64,000 nt of DNA from Eledone cirrhosa (GCA_964016885.1 OZ024740.1:147994001-148058000); one strand, 5' to 3'; counted from the stretch's first letter, positions 38,493-53,534 are shown. Translations and numbers: made by a program. Notes: generated by a model from the letters alone, not told the origin.

Positions 38493-38715
38493 ATTATAAA
38501 CCTAATTAATATACACTTTAGAAATTAATTTATAAATTATTTTTAATTTAGTTAACCTATAATTAATATTCTACTACTGATGAACTACATAATTCTGCTT
38601 TAAAAATTATAAACCTAATTAATATACACTTTAGAAATTAATATATAAACTATTTTTAATTTAGTTAACCTATAATTAATATTCTACTACTGATGAACTA
38701 CATAATTTTGCTTTC
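38493..38715 (+). repeat. Tandem duplication (~113 bp x2) at the PLE stop codon
   Basis: TTATAAACCTAATTAATATACAC...CATAATTCTGCTTT repeated. Confidence 0.85.
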
Positions 38716-38940
38716 CTTCTTACAAATATCATTTCCTAAAACTGATACCATTAAGTAAACATATATAATGCTTTAACTTCAGGTTATGACTCTATGTTCC
38801 TTGAAAACTATATATATTTACTATTTCTCACTAATAAATTTAACCCCCCCCCCCAATAATTATATGTATATATATGTGCATGTGTGTGTGTATGTGTATG
38901 TATATGTATGTATGTGTGCATGTATATATCTATGTATATG

Positions 38941-38972
<32 letters not shown>

Positions 38973-38979
38973 TGTATAT

Positions 38980-39113
38980 GTTGATGCCCTAAGGACAGAC
39001 ACTGGTCTGTTGGAGACGCAGGACATGGCAGCGATAATGAGGGACAGAGACCGCTGGAGAGAGCTCGTCCATGGATCTCGGGAATTTTACCCGCCTTAGA
39101 TAGATAGATAGAT
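38980..39113 (+). mobile_element. Short RTE-group LINE 3' end inside a microsatellite
   Basis: [20 protein letters not shown] then (TAGA)n. Confidence 0.6.
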
Positions 39114-39213
39114 ATGTATATGTGTATATATATGTATATATATATATATATATGTGTGTGTATGTGTGTGTGTGTATGTGTATGCATGTGTATATATATA
39201 TATATATATGTAA

Positions 39214-39261
<48 letters not shown>

Positions 39262-39951
39262 ATGTGTATATATATGTATATATATATATGTATAAGTATA
39301 TATATATATATATATATTATTTTTATATTCTTTTAATTTCCCCTCATCTTTAACAGCACTTTTCAACTGCAACTAACTCTTATTTATCATATCTATATGT
39401 ATTAGTATAATTTTATCAATATAAATATACCCATCAATTAAATTAATTTATATTCTTTTCATAGATGTATTTTTTTCACTAACATTCTTTTCTTAAAACT
39501 TTAGTCACCTTAGATATTTGTATTGGCATTACTATTTTATAACAGCAACTGCTTGTATACCTTTTACTGACCACCTTACCTATTTTCACCCCTAAAATAA
39601 GCTTCAATTACTACTATTTTACCATTTGGCCAATTATTAACTTTCTATTGGTTAATTTTAAACCTCTTACCAAACAGACAGAATATATTAGATCTTTGTT
39701 GGTTTTATTCAATGAACAATAAAATTATTTCTGAGGTCAGCATAAGACCTATCTCTTCCCTAAAATAATCCTTCATTCATAATATTCTTTTCCATCCAAA
39801 ACTGAAATCTACCTTCCTCTACCCATAATTTAAGGTTCTTCTACTACTATATTACTATCCTGACCCTCACTATCTCTCTATTGGTCAATTCAAAACCTGT
39901 TCCTAAACAGACCTATTGTATTGAATCTTTGTTTTTTTCAATAAACAAATA

Positions 39952-40093
39952 TCATTATTTCTGAAAACAGCATATATATGTGTAGGTATGTATATTCCCT
40001 CTGATAGTTTGTATAAATATTGTACATAGATCTATAGAATATGCATACCAACTCTAACACATATATATCCTAGAAACGATCGTAAAATGATGA
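39952..40093 (+). ncRNA. Hammerhead-like motif, degenerate core, very long helix II
   Basis: TCATTATTT-CTGAAAA-..ATATATATGTGT..ACACATATATAT..-GAAA-CGATCG-TA-AAATGATGA. Confidence 0.55.
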
Positions 40094-40142
40094 ATTTTTT
40101 TAATATAAGGAACTATTTCTTTGTTTATTCATTATTTTATTA

Positions 40143-40185
<43 letters not shown>

Positions 40186-40414
40186 CACAATCTCTGACAG
40201 TCGGCAGGTAAGCAGTAAACTGCACTGATGAAGGGTAATCACATTAGTGTCTGCAGTTCTGTTTGCATGCCAACACAAGAGTGAGAATGAGGGCTCATTC
40301 TACTCACATGGCTTATAAAAGAGGCTGTTTACATAATTGCAAACGAATCGAATATTATTATTTATATTTGAAAAACTCAGATTACATTTATTATATATAT
40401 ATATGTATATATAT

Positions 40415-40870
40415 CATAATCATCATCATTTTACGTCCACTTTTTCCTGCTTGCAAGGGTGGGATGGGACCTCTTACACACTTAACTAACATATATGTAT
40501 ATATATATATGTATATCATCATCATCATCATCATTTTACGTCCACTTTTCGCTGCTTGCAAGGGTGGGATGGGACCTCTTACACACTTATCTAACATATA
40601 TATATATATATGTATATACATATATATATATCATCATCATCATCATACCTCCACTTTTCCTTGCTTGCAAGGGTGGGATAGGTCCTCTTACACACTTAAC
40701 TAACATATATATATGTATATCATCATCATCATTTTATGTCTACTTTTTTCCGCTTGCAAGGGTGGGACGAGTCCTCTTCAGCACAGATTCTCTCCATTTG
40801 TCACAGTCCTTTGTCATCTTCTCTGTGAGCTTCAACGATATGAGGTCAGCTCTCACCATCTCCACCCATA
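40415..40870 (-). repeat. Tandem array of RTE/SINE tails (four copies) separated by (TA)n/(CAT)n
   Basis: TTTACGTCCACTTTT..GCTTGCAAGGGTGGGA repeated four times. Confidence 0.8.
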
Positions 40871-40874
40871 ATAA

Positions 40875-42455
40875 TCATTATATTTATTCATGTGTGACAT
40901 GCATTTTCTGATTGATCAGCTCAGGGAAGGATCCATATCGATTGTGCTCAACTGTGGAATCAATAACTCATCAGACTCAGGGTTTCCTTAATGGTGGGAG
41001 ATATCTGCCTACAGCCATAAATTACCATATATAAATATATATACACACATCATTATTTAATGGCTTCTACAGGACTAGAACTGTTTTATTCATATGAAAT
41101 CATAATTTTTTTGTTTTTTAGTGAGCAGGTGTCCTTGTTTGGGCAGTTGCACAGTGCTTCATTATGGACATGGGTTTCGGTAGTTATGGACATATTCACT
41201 TTAAATATGTTTAGGTTGGCTATGTTCCTAACTAAATTGGGTGTTGTTGTGTAGAAAAGTCTAATAGTGTTCTTGTTAAAGATTGTAGAGTACTTGAGCC
41301 ATATGGGAAAATGTTTGTTTAATAATTTGAAGAAGATCTTAGCTATTGGTGTAGACACTGCCCTGTTAAAGGAGGGGATTGTACCAACTTATCTACCAGA
41401 GCCTATTTCTGTTAAATGGTCTTACTGTGATATCTATGTAGGTAATCCTGTCCTTAAAGCCACTGTGAGCTAGGCCCTCATTATAGCAGAGGGCAGATGC
41501 GCCAAGGATGTTTTCATTGGCTGAAAAACTCGAAATTCTAAGGGATTTGCTTCTGACTAGATTATTTGTAATATTTAGGGTGGCTGGAGTTAACATTAAT
41601 GTATTTAAGGAATTTGTTTGTTTGTGGTAGGGATAGTAGTGGCAAGTTGCTAAATCTAATGTAATGTCTAGAACATTTGTCCCAGTGCTGTTTGACTTTA
41701 TAGTGATCTTAAAGCCTAGATTATGGAAGACGGTATGTGGGTTCTTCTGAAACCCATCAGTAATTCTGCTGTTCACATTATGCAGGGTGAAGAGACTGTC
41801 ATCATGGTATAGTTCTCTGGTAATTCCGGTGAGGAGTTGCTTCAGTTTATGTAGGATGTACAGGCCTTCAAGGTCACTTATTTCCACCAAGTCACTTGCT
41901 CCCATGCTAACATCGAAGGGAGTATCCAATTTTTTGTTAATCCAATATGAACCTTCATGGTATAAGGTTTTTCGTGCATGGAGAATCAAATCACACCAGA
42001 GATTTTAGCGTCCTGGCATAAACATGTGCATCCTTAAGCAGTGATCAAGGCATAATAATCTTCTATGTCAAGTTGTAGGAAGTGGGTGTTTCTCTTCTTC
42101 AGTAATTCCTAGCATAAATTTATTACGTCAGATGTTCTGCTCCAAAGTGGGAGTGGTGAGGCTTCTCAGTATGATGGAAAGATTCTGTTGAGGATCATCA
42201 TCATCATTGTTTTTACATCCACTTTTCCATGCTTGCATGGGTTGGATGGGTCCTTTTCAGCACGGCAATTGTTCTAGTGTCCAAGCATGTGGGGATTAAT
42301 TAGCTGGACCATTGGTTTTCTGTGGAAGTTTGGTTTGTGGCCCATAAGGGTGAAGTGCAGGGATTTCAGGGTCTTGGCGATCTCCTTGCCATCAGTATTT
42401 GTTTCATTTAGAGCCCTATCCTCAACTTTTTTGTAGGTGTTAATAAATGTGTTTT
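40875..42455 (-). mobile_element. Penelope-like element, degenerate
   Basis: FDVSMGASD..EISDL.GLYIL, NVLDITLDL, IFNKNTIRL.Y.TTPNL, CNC..TCSL; hammerhead at its 3' end. Confidence 0.85.
40891..40979 (-). ncRNA. Hammerhead ribozyme, slightly degenerate
   Basis: TGAGT-CTGATGA-GTTATTGAT..ATCAATCA-GAAA-ATGCAT-GTC-ACACA. Confidence 0.6.
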
Positions 42456-44369
42456 ACACACACACACACACATGTGTATAAGTATGAACATACATACAAC
42501 TACTATTGATAATTAACCAATTAAATTGTAGTAACAGTAATAACAATTTATATCATAAATTTCCTTTCAGTTTTCTCTTCCAGCAAACTTCGATATGATT
42601 GAAATGAAGCAAGGACAAATTTTCAATGCAGTTTGCTGATTTTTTTTTGGAAACCCTTTATGTCATATATAACTCCTCTTTGATTTGCATTTTATCTAGT
42701 AAATGCATAAATGGAACATTAACGTTTTTGGTACCTTATTCATGGTGTAACACACTGTCAGTGTATTTCAGATAATTTTGAAAATACTCAAAATCTTTGA
42801 GTAGTTTAAAATAACTTTTTCATTAGTATAGTAAGCTGTCTTTTTTAACAGTGCTTAATAAAAAAAAAAAAAAAAATTATTAAAATTATGATGGAAGGTT
42901 TTAATATAAGTATGAGTACTTTAAAATGGGCATCTTTTTATTGCAGAACCAGGGGAGTTTTCAGGCGGTTTAATATCATCAGAAGAATTAAATGAGTTAA
43001 CAAATGTTCCTATGTTTATGCCTTTAGGTTTTTTGGGTGAAATCACTAGGAGTCAGTAATTCATATTTGTCCCTGGTACTGCTTTGTATCTATAGCTATT
43101 AAACTTACCTCTCAGCAATTTAAGCTGAGCTCATCTAATTTAATATGTTAGCTACAAATTGTACAATTCTCTTCTGTGAGCAGTATTAATGCTACAATGT
43201 TGACAAATGACTTATAACCTTAACATACTGAATTCATTTCTTCTCATTGGCAAATCACTCTAGCTAAATTAGCATTTTATCCAAGAAGAGGATTACCAGT
43301 CATCCACTTAACACTTTGAGAAACTAGAATACAGAACTGGTCCTACAGATTCTAAGGATCAAGAAGGGATTAATATTTAGTCTTTTGCTAATCTCCCTCT
43401 CTTCAGCAAACCATCTTTCTTTATCTGTCTCTTGATCTGAATGTTATTATTGATAGTCAGTTACTCTAATGTTCTATTATTCTTTCTCGTTTCATTCCAT
43501 AGTTGTCCTTCAAAAACAATAACAACGGCAATAATGACATTCTAATATGAATTTAGATTTTTACAAGCGTTAATTTTATCTCATTTCAATCTTCAAATCA
43601 ATATATGTGGGTCAAAGCAATTTCCTTGCCCACAATCAAGTTATGTGTGAGCCACTAAGTACTCAAGAGAAACAATATTTGATTTCTAGATTAATTCTTA
43701 TGGATATAATAAGCTACACTTAGAGGATATCAATCAAATTGTAACTACATAACAAAAATAAAACCACCACATATTTGTATCATCAGAGATGTCTACATTA
43801 ACTAGATATCCCCATTATCCATGGAATTGGTGAACATACCATAATTTTCTCTTATAGAGAATGTTTGTGGCAAATGTTTATCAAAGTTTAATATTGAGTA
43901 AATATACTTGTTTGTTTACACTAAGGAAGTAGATGATGTTACAACTATGTTTTCCATGATGATATTACGAGTATAAAGGAAATAAAGGTTTTCAAACTGA
44001 TATTGAAACCATACTATGACATCAAGTCACCAAGTACTAAGTGTTTCACTATACTCCATTCAACTTGAACCAATGAAGGATGTTTTACATGGTCACCAAA
44101 ACCTACTGGAAATAGTTGCACAATCCCTTACATCATACCCTACTGTCTTAGAAAACAAAGGACACATTCAATAATGTAGTCCTCATCATAACTATACCTT
44201 TGAAATAACTCGGATATTGTGGTTTTGATCATAGGTATTACTTGACCAGCCTGACCTAGGGCTAAGCAACAACAGCAGCATACATCTTCAAATTGATTTA
44301 TGGATTTATGTTGGCAAAATATATTTTGAAAGCTATATTATATTTACTGTCCTCTTTGTTTCATTTCAG

Positions 44370-44524
44370 AAATGACAAATGTCACTTCAAGGAGGAAGGA
44401 AATGGTTACAACACTTGACTCTCCAAATGCAGATAACAGTTCAGGGAGAAGCAATACTTTTGACAGCAAAGGAAAAGAAATAGGACACTTGCCAAATTTG
44501 GCTACAAATAGAGTGAATATATGA
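44370..44524 (+). CDS. Putative (terminal) exon of an unidentified host gene
   Basis: Strong acceptor CCTCTTTGTTTCATTTCAG; 50 open, hydrophilic codons (MTNVTSRRKEMVTTLDSPNADNSSGRSNTF...NRVNI*); AATAAA ~20 nt after the stop; not TE-like. Confidence 0.4.
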
Positions 44525-45979
44525 GTCATGAACATTTAAAAAAATAAAATTTGGTTCTTCCTGAAGTACAAAATGAATCCTGGAAAAAAGGCCACAGGAA
44601 AAAAAAAAAACTGACTGAAAGTTTCAACACACACCCTGCGCACGCGCACGCGCACACACACACACATGCACGTACGTACATACATATGTACGTATGTATA
44701 TATATGTGTGTGTGTGTGTGTATGCATGGTGATGGTGATGTTGATATATATATCATATATACTTGTAGCTAAGTTGTAGCTTTTTTACTAAAATAAACTG
44801 GATGCAACAACCTAGATACAACAACCTAGATGCAACTTATCTTACTATATAATTCTTTGGTTTTGAACTATCAAATAATGAAACTAAAATATACAAGGAA
44901 AGTGGGTGTAACTTATATCTGAGTAAATACAACACACATTTGCATATATATATATTAAAGCAAGTATTTAGGAATGCTTAAGTTTATACAGATAGATCTT
45001 AATATCAATTAGCATTTACAATTAAGTTAAAGTGGATGACTGTGAACATTTTTGTAAACAAAAGCATTGGCATATTACCACCATTTTGTCAGCTCAATGT
45101 AAGCTGTTGTACATGGAAATGTCAGTAGGTGGTGTTCAGATAGCTAGGGATTGAATTATAGTCTGTGTTATCCTTGATTAGATCTGAACTTTTCTCCATG
45201 TTTCTTTTACAGACCTTACCATCAACACAATACAACATAGTTTTAAACTGCATTTATTAGAATATTTTACAATTGTTGCTATCAATAAAGTCCATGTATA
45301 TTTTCCTGTTTTGGAAATTTCCTCAGAAAAATATCCCTAAAATTAAATGTAAACAACTTATCTCACATAGATAAGTAGACTATGGTATACCATATTCTTG
45401 TCTTGATAATTTTAGATGTTATTTATGCAGACCAGAGTCATTTCATTACATTAAAATTTAACCCTTTTATCTTTTATTATCATTAGGATATCATGCTGTG
45501 GTATTAAACTCCTCATCTGGAATGCAATATGCAGTGACACCTTTACCTGTGGGAAATTAAGTGTATTTGGCACAGGCTTAAGTTTTTATCGCCCAACAAG
45601 CTGAAAATTGCAAGCTGTCTCCAATGGGTTTGTTGTCAAACCAATAGTGGTAGAGGTGTCAATTATTCTTGATCAATGCTCCATCTCCCAACTCACTACT
45701 ATTGGGGTAGAGTAAGCCACTCACATGAGTGAGCCCCTCTAGCTAGAATTGGAATATCAACCACCTCCTTTGCTATCCTCTGCAGAAAAACTTCCTCTAT
45801 TCTGTCCACTGGGAAAATGAGGAGGCCAGTATCTGTGGTCCAGCATGCCAGAGAATGCTTGCCCACATATCATTAAGATAGTGATGTTTGCATACACTTT
45901 TGGAATTACTCACCATGCTATATAAACATACAACACTTTTCTATATTTTAATAAGTAAAACCAGACATAATATCACCTT

Positions 45980-46383
45980 CCATGAGTAAATTTGATAGAT
46001 AATACAGAGAGGTATACCACCCATGAGTAAATTTGATAGATAATACAGAGAGGTATACCACCCATTAGTAAATTTGATAGATAATACAGAGAGGTATACC
46101 ACCCATGAGTAAATTTGATAGATAATACAGAGAGGTATACCACCCATTAGTAAATTTGATAGATAATACAGAGAGGTATACCACCCATGAGTAAATTTGA
46201 TAGATAATACAGAGAGGTATACCACCCATGAGTAAATTTGATAGATAATACAGAGAGGTATACCACCCATGAGTAAATTTGATAGATAATACAGAGAGGT
46301 ATACCACCCATTAGTAAATTTGATAGATAATACAGAGAGGTATACCACCCATTAGTAAATTTGATAGATAATACAGAGAGGTT
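45980..46383. repeat. 41-bp minisatellite, ~10 copies
   Basis: Unit CCAT(G/T)AGTAAATTTGATAGATAATACAGAGAGGTATACCAC, head to tail, no spacers. Confidence 0.97.
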
Positions 46384-46909
46384 TCTCATTTATTAGTAGA
46401 TTTGATGGACAATATGATAAGTTCTATTACATATTTGTGTTTTGTTGGAATGACTTTGCCTCTTATCTTCTGGGATATTAATAATTGTTTCTACATTTGG
46501 CACAAGGCCAGCAATTACTCCAGTGTATTACTGGTACTTTATTTTATCGACCCCGTAAGGATATTAATAATAGAGACCAAAATGTAGATGATGTTTTCAT
46601 TTGCAGTTTTGATAATGCTTTAAGGATTATGTATTTCTTTAATGGATTGGTTAACAGCTAGCAATCTCAACAATAGAATAATGTACAGAACTGAGGATAA
46701 CTATATATTGCCCCTCAAATATATTCCCTTTTATGTCATCCATGTGCTTTTTTGGTGATATCGCTATTACTTCAGTCTATGGAGATCTTCCAAACATTTC
46801 TCATGCCACCTACAGGCTGTTGTTGATAAGTATCTAGACCTGAACTATGATATCAATGAAGATGCTGAACTGAGATATGTTCTTGTGGTATTTGATCACA
46901 ATATATATG

Positions 46910-47238
46910 GAGGCTCATGGCTTAGTGGTTAGAGCATTGGCCTTGCAATCGAAAGGTTGTGAGTTCAATTCTCAGACTGCGTGATGTGTTGTTTCATTGA
47001 CAAGACACTTTATTTCACATTGCTCCAGTTTACTCAGCTGTAGAAATGAGATGATAGGGACTGGGGTCCATATCATTCCACTGCAAAGTGGTTGTGGAGG
47101 TGTCACGGCAAAAAAGCACCCAGCACTCACTGTAAATGAGGTTGGTGTTAGGAAGGGAATCCAGCTGTAGAAAACAAGCCAGAATCAGTTCCCGTCCCAC
47201 CCTTGCAAGCAGGGAAAAGCGGACGTAAAATGATGATT
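46910..47238 (+). mobile_element. Full-length tRNA-derived SINE family A
   Basis: A box TGGCTTAGTGG, B box GAGTTCAATTC, central domain, RTE-shared tail, (ATG)n end. Confidence 0.85.
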
Positions 47239-47665
47239 GTTTAAAACATCTCACGCAGTCCACTTGACATAAGGCCAGAGAATTTGGTTTCAGAATACAG
47301 TATAACATCAATGTCAGGTTTTGTTGATTTTTGCACCAACTTTTTTTAACCTTAGAAAATATTGATGAATGTATGTCATTTCACAACATCCATTTGAATA
47401 GAAGGAGTTTTTCATGCACTTAGATTGTACATACATTATTGGTGACTTTCATTTGAATGAGCTATCAGTTACCTTACCCAGTTTTACTTCGATGCCTCTG
47501 AGAATGTATCAAATTCTATCTATGTCTTTACCCCTAACTATTGGCACTGCTGGCAATCCACCTCAAAGAAGAGTTTATTGATATATATGAAGCTGCAAGT
47601 ACACTTTCATAACAGTAACATGATAATAATTCATAGTATTTGGGACAATTTTCTTGTGATTTTTT

Positions 47666-49655
47666 AAAAAGACTTTTAACATCTCAGGCCAAATTTCATC
47701 CTCCTCAGAAGCCTTACCACATTTGAGAGCTTTTTAATTGCTCTGGTGACCTTAGCCTCCAATTGCTCCTAGATGTACCTCATGTATAACAGACATTATG
47801 ATCAGGTTTAGATCAGCAAAGAATCTTCACTTGAGGATGCATCTCTCCACAGAGAGAAGAATACCAGATGAGCTCCTGATAGAAAGCATGGAAGGTGACT
47901 TCTTATTACAAAGTCAGCGATGAGCTGCCAAAATACTATTTGCGCTATCTAAAGTCAGATTCCAGCTTAATCCCAAAGTTTTCCGATATCATAATTTTAG
48001 GCGCCTTTACTGTCTCTGTTGTGAATATTTGCAACTAGTTGTACCACAAGTGTATGAGGGAGGACTTTTTTCCAAGCCAAGATTTGTAAGCTTTCTTTTT
48101 TGCTCAGATGGCATCATTGAGCTCCTGATTGAACCAAGCCAGTTTTGTCTGCAGTATTTAACAGTTGAAGCAGAACCTGCTGTGTTGAACAGTCTCTGCT
48201 CTTTTTCACATCCTCAGTTTGTTCGGGAAGTTCTTTGAATTTGAATGCAATAGTATCTGTATGCCTCGTCCGGACCTCTTTATCAGCCAGTGGTTCCAAA
48301 TAGAGAAGGTATTCTCTGGCTGACTCATATGTGCCAGGCAACCTGCATCTCTGGAAAGGTACCTAAACAATAGCAATCAGGTGTGATAATCCTAATTTTC
48401 AAACAGGGAAACAAGAGAGATTGCTCTAATTATAGAGGGATCTCCTTGTTAAACCTTGCCAGTAAAATCTATGCTAAGTGCCTGGAAAAGTGATGTAGGG
48501 ATATTTTCAAGTCCAAGCGAACTGACAAATAGTGTGGATTTTGCCCTGGATGCAGCACAGCCGACCAAATATTTACACTGTAGCAGGTCTTTAAGAAATC
48601 ATGAGAATCTTGTCAAGAATTGTATGCTTGTTTCATAGAATTATAAAAGACATATGACCATGGGGCTGGAGTATGGGATTGATGGCCAGCTTCTTGTCTT
48701 TATACAAATTCCCTAGTATTTGTGTTCAGATAAATGATGTTAAGTGCAAGCTATTCAATGTAGGTGTTAGATTCTGCCAAGTGTCCTGTTCATGAACTAA
48801 ATAGACAGGATCAACATGCAGAGCTGGTTAGCAATAGATATCAATAATTGCAGATGTAGGATAAGTTGGCTGAAGTTTGCAGATTACATGGTATTACTAA
48901 CCTCATTGGAAGGTGAAACCCAATATGCACTTGATAGGTTTACTGCTGAGTGCTGCATGGCAGGAATGAAAATCAGTGCTATGAAGACTGAGTCTGTCGT
49001 CCTCTCAAGGAAACCTTCACAGTACACACTACATGCGAGTGGAGTTCCACTGAAGTGAAGCAGGTGGAGAAATTCAAGTATCTAGGGGCTGTTTTTGCAA
49101 GTGATGGAAGGCAGGAGGGAAAATTAAGTTCCAGAATTGCAGGAGCTGGTGCAGTATTGTGCTAGCTTCGGTATTTGATCATCAGAAGAGGGGGGGTTAG
49201 GTGTAAAAAAACAAATTCTTTAATTCGGTTTTTGTGCCAACCCTTACCTATGACAATAAATCTTGGGTAATGACCGAAAGAATAAAATCATGAATCCAAG
49301 CAGACAAAATGGGGTAACTCTGAAAGGTTTTGGGAGTAATGTTACTCAATAGACTGCATAGTTTTCACACCAGGTAGTGACATTACAGCTCTGATATTAC
49401 GGATGGGGTCGAAATGTCTAAAGAAAGAATTGATGGTTTGATTTTACAGACACAACCAACTGGCCAAGGATGGACTCTAGGCAAGCTTGTTTGATAATGT
49501 CCATGAGCTCAGCTGGTCTTGTTTAGGGATCCAGCTTGATCAACTGGAGATGGTTACTTCTAACAGAACCCACTAAAAGTAAAAAGCATGCTTGAGGACT
49601 CTGCCTTCATGACCCCCCCCCCCCCCCCGCTTCAGGAATAAGTGGGCAAAGAAGA
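47666..49655. mobile_element. RTE (Expander-like) LINE with inverted 5' segment (47666-48345 minus; 48345-49655 plus)
   Basis: Minus part: EN-RT linker to GKA..DEI.PEMLK; plus part: GKVPK.WQ.GVI..IFK.G..CSNYRGISLL, FAD, VEKFKYLG. Confidence 0.8.
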
Positions 49656-50092
49656 TTTTTTTCTAGCCAAAACTTTTTTATTTTACATGTCATTTCATTT
49701 CCATTAACCCCCCCCCCCCCCAACCGCCACCACAACAGATTGTGAGTGGAGAATATCTCTCTTCCTATTGTAGAACTAATTTAGGAACTGAGGAGTTGCT
49801 CCTGAAGTATTTACATCCGTTTGAAATCAATGGAATAAGTATTTGGGGAAAATGAATATTCGAATTAGCTGTACCCACTCCTTAAATTAATGTTCTGGTG
49901 CTTATGCAAAAAATCATTATGTTAAATATTCATGAGAAAAAAGAAAAAGCCAGTTTGAATTGCAGGCTTGTATATATAAAGGAGAAATTCTCTTTAGAAA
50001 ATAGATACTTTCATTGAAGATGCATCAATTTAATATGGCACAATTCTTAGTGACAAATAATTAAGGATTGGCTATATTATTTTCTTCCCTCC

Positions 50093-51495
<1,403 letters not shown>

Positions 51496-51531
51496 TACAT
51501 ATATACATACATACATACATACATACATACA

Positions 51532-51563
<32 letters not shown>

Positions 51564-51584
51564 CATATCTATATATATATATTT

Positions 51585-53200
51585 ATTAAAATAACAGATT
51601 AAAGTTTAAGCAAAGAATCGCTGCTTTCACCCTTAACGGGATCTTCTGAAACTAACAAAGTCAATCTGTAAACGCAGAAGTGGATATTTCAAAAAACATT
51701 ACAACAGGAGGACGATACTTTGGTTCGTGGAAACGTTCCCTTGCAAAGAACGGGAAAAACGAATATAATACGTCATTAACAGGAGCGGTGAAAAACAATT
51801 ACACGCAAAGACAAAACCACGTTTATGGTATAAAAGAGGTCGCAGACTAATGTTCTCTTGGGTGGTGCATAGAGACGTTCTCTGGCAATGAACGAAAAAA
51901 ACGAAGATAATACGTCATATGTGGAGCGTGGTGAACAATTGCACGCAAAGACAAAAACCACGTAAATGGTATAGCAGATGTCGTAGACTAAAATTCTAAC
52001 TAGGAGACCGAATGAATCTCCGCTTCAGAGTTAAGAATAAGGTAAATAAATACAATACAGAGGTAATAGAAATTAAATAAATACATACACGCATACAAAT
52101 ACGTACATACACAAGCATACGTGAAAACACTTACCATAGGTATACAAAACCACGCACATATAAACATGTGTGTGTGTTTGTGCGTGTATACAAATAAATA
52201 AATAATTAAATAAACGTATATAAATAAATAAATACATATATAACAAGCGCACACACATACCTACATGTAAATACACAAATGTTCGGAGACGTAAGTCAAT
52301 CAAAACATGAAGTACACATATACACACACCCTACATACGTACGAACCTGCATACTCACACAGACGCAAAACTCCCGTATACACATAACCAAACCATATGT
52401 ACAAGAATATATAAAATTATACGCCATAACATATACAATCAAATACGTACGAGAAAGTATACGTACCTTCACAAAACATACAGGTAAATATACTTACCTA
52501 TGCAAATAAGTAATGGTATAAACAAAACATATACTTAGCTACCACATCAAGACGTAAAATATCCACGTATAGATCGTACTATCCGTTAGGGTATATCGTG
52601 GGGCTGTAATACAGGAAAGTTTTGTGCAATTTATGTTTACAAGCCGAAATTGCCTAAGATTTTTTGTTTAAGATGAGGTCTGTGGCGTAGAGTATTTCCA
52701 GGGCCTCAGCGGCGCAGAGGTCACATGGTCTTTTATTTCCGTTATACGATCTAGCCCTAGCTAGGATCTCCCAGTGTAACTTACATTGGGTGAGTTGTCT
52801 TTTAGACTCCAGATATAAGCTGAAAGTGACGTCATATTCCTTCTTAGAGGGTAACGAAAAGAATGGGTATGCATGTAAAGACACTGCTTGAATATATTGG
52901 CGGTTAACCCTATGTAGGCCCTACGGGACGTGGGTGTTTCAACCTTACATTTGTAGACAATGTTACTAGAGACGCATTACCCGGATAGGGGGCAATCAAC
53001 CCGATTCATACAATTATAGTTAGTACTAACTACAGGGTTGCACGTGTTCCTACGGCTAGGTAGTTTAGCTAAATTTGAAGCTGTGATGTTATGTGCAAGG
53101 TTAGGAGTCGTAGAGTAAGAAATTTTAATAGTATTTCTATTAAAAATTTTACTAGCTGGCAACGAAACTATTTAGAAATAAGCAAGCATTTAAATTGCAC
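51585..53200 (-). mobile_element. Penelope-like element 3' fragment with long UTR
   Basis: IFNRNTIKISYSTTPNL, NC..DCPL, WEILARARSY..CDLC..E; hammerhead-like motif at 51603-51653. Confidence 0.8.
51603..51653 (-). ncRNA. Hammerhead-like motif (CAGAAGA core variant)
   Basis: AGTTT-CAGAAGA-TCCC..GGGT-GAAA-GCA..TGC-TT-AAACT. Confidence 0.55.
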
Positions 53201-53534
53201 TTTGGATTACTATTTGCGATATATTATATAATATATTTCAACCAATGTAACTAGTTAGATCTCTAAATTTAGGAACGGGGGAAAATAAAGGCTAGAGTTT
53301 AGTGCTCATCCTTGAAATAATTATTTTAAAAGATCAGACTTCGTTTGTTGAAAATTCTCTTAGAGAAAGATAGGCTTTCTTGTTGCTATTATTATAGGCA
53401 ACATAATTATTTTCATTGCCATTGTTCTTGCCATTGATGTTGTTTAGCTCATGAACAAAGACATTCCAGCCCTGACTATCTCATCCTTTTCATACTTAAT
53501 GTATATAGGACTACATTATTTAATATGTCCTATG

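Larger units (their letters stand above)
37020..40140 (+). mobile_element. 5'-truncated Penelope-like element with long 3' UTR
   Basis: GGLYRDD, VNFLDITLDL, CNCRNKANCPL..CL..IVYKC..YVG..FKVRFNTH; hammerhead-like motif at 39952-40093 just before (TA)n. Confidence 0.88.

Noticed and set aside
38578-38700. CTGATGA motifs as hammerheads
   Set aside because: No downstream helix II plus GAAA
38786-39372. ORFs rich in Y/I/H/T/C/V (also at 40263-40911, 44526-44772, 50072-50263, 59232-59763)
   Set aside because: Translations of (TA)n/(CA)n microsatellites
45980-46383. CRISPR array
   Set aside because: Units are head to tail with no unique spacers, there are no cas genes, and the context is eukaryotic; the ORFs on it are repeat artefacts
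46910-46985. tRNA gene
   Set aside because: A/B boxes run directly into a repeated SINE body and tail; no complete cloverleaf
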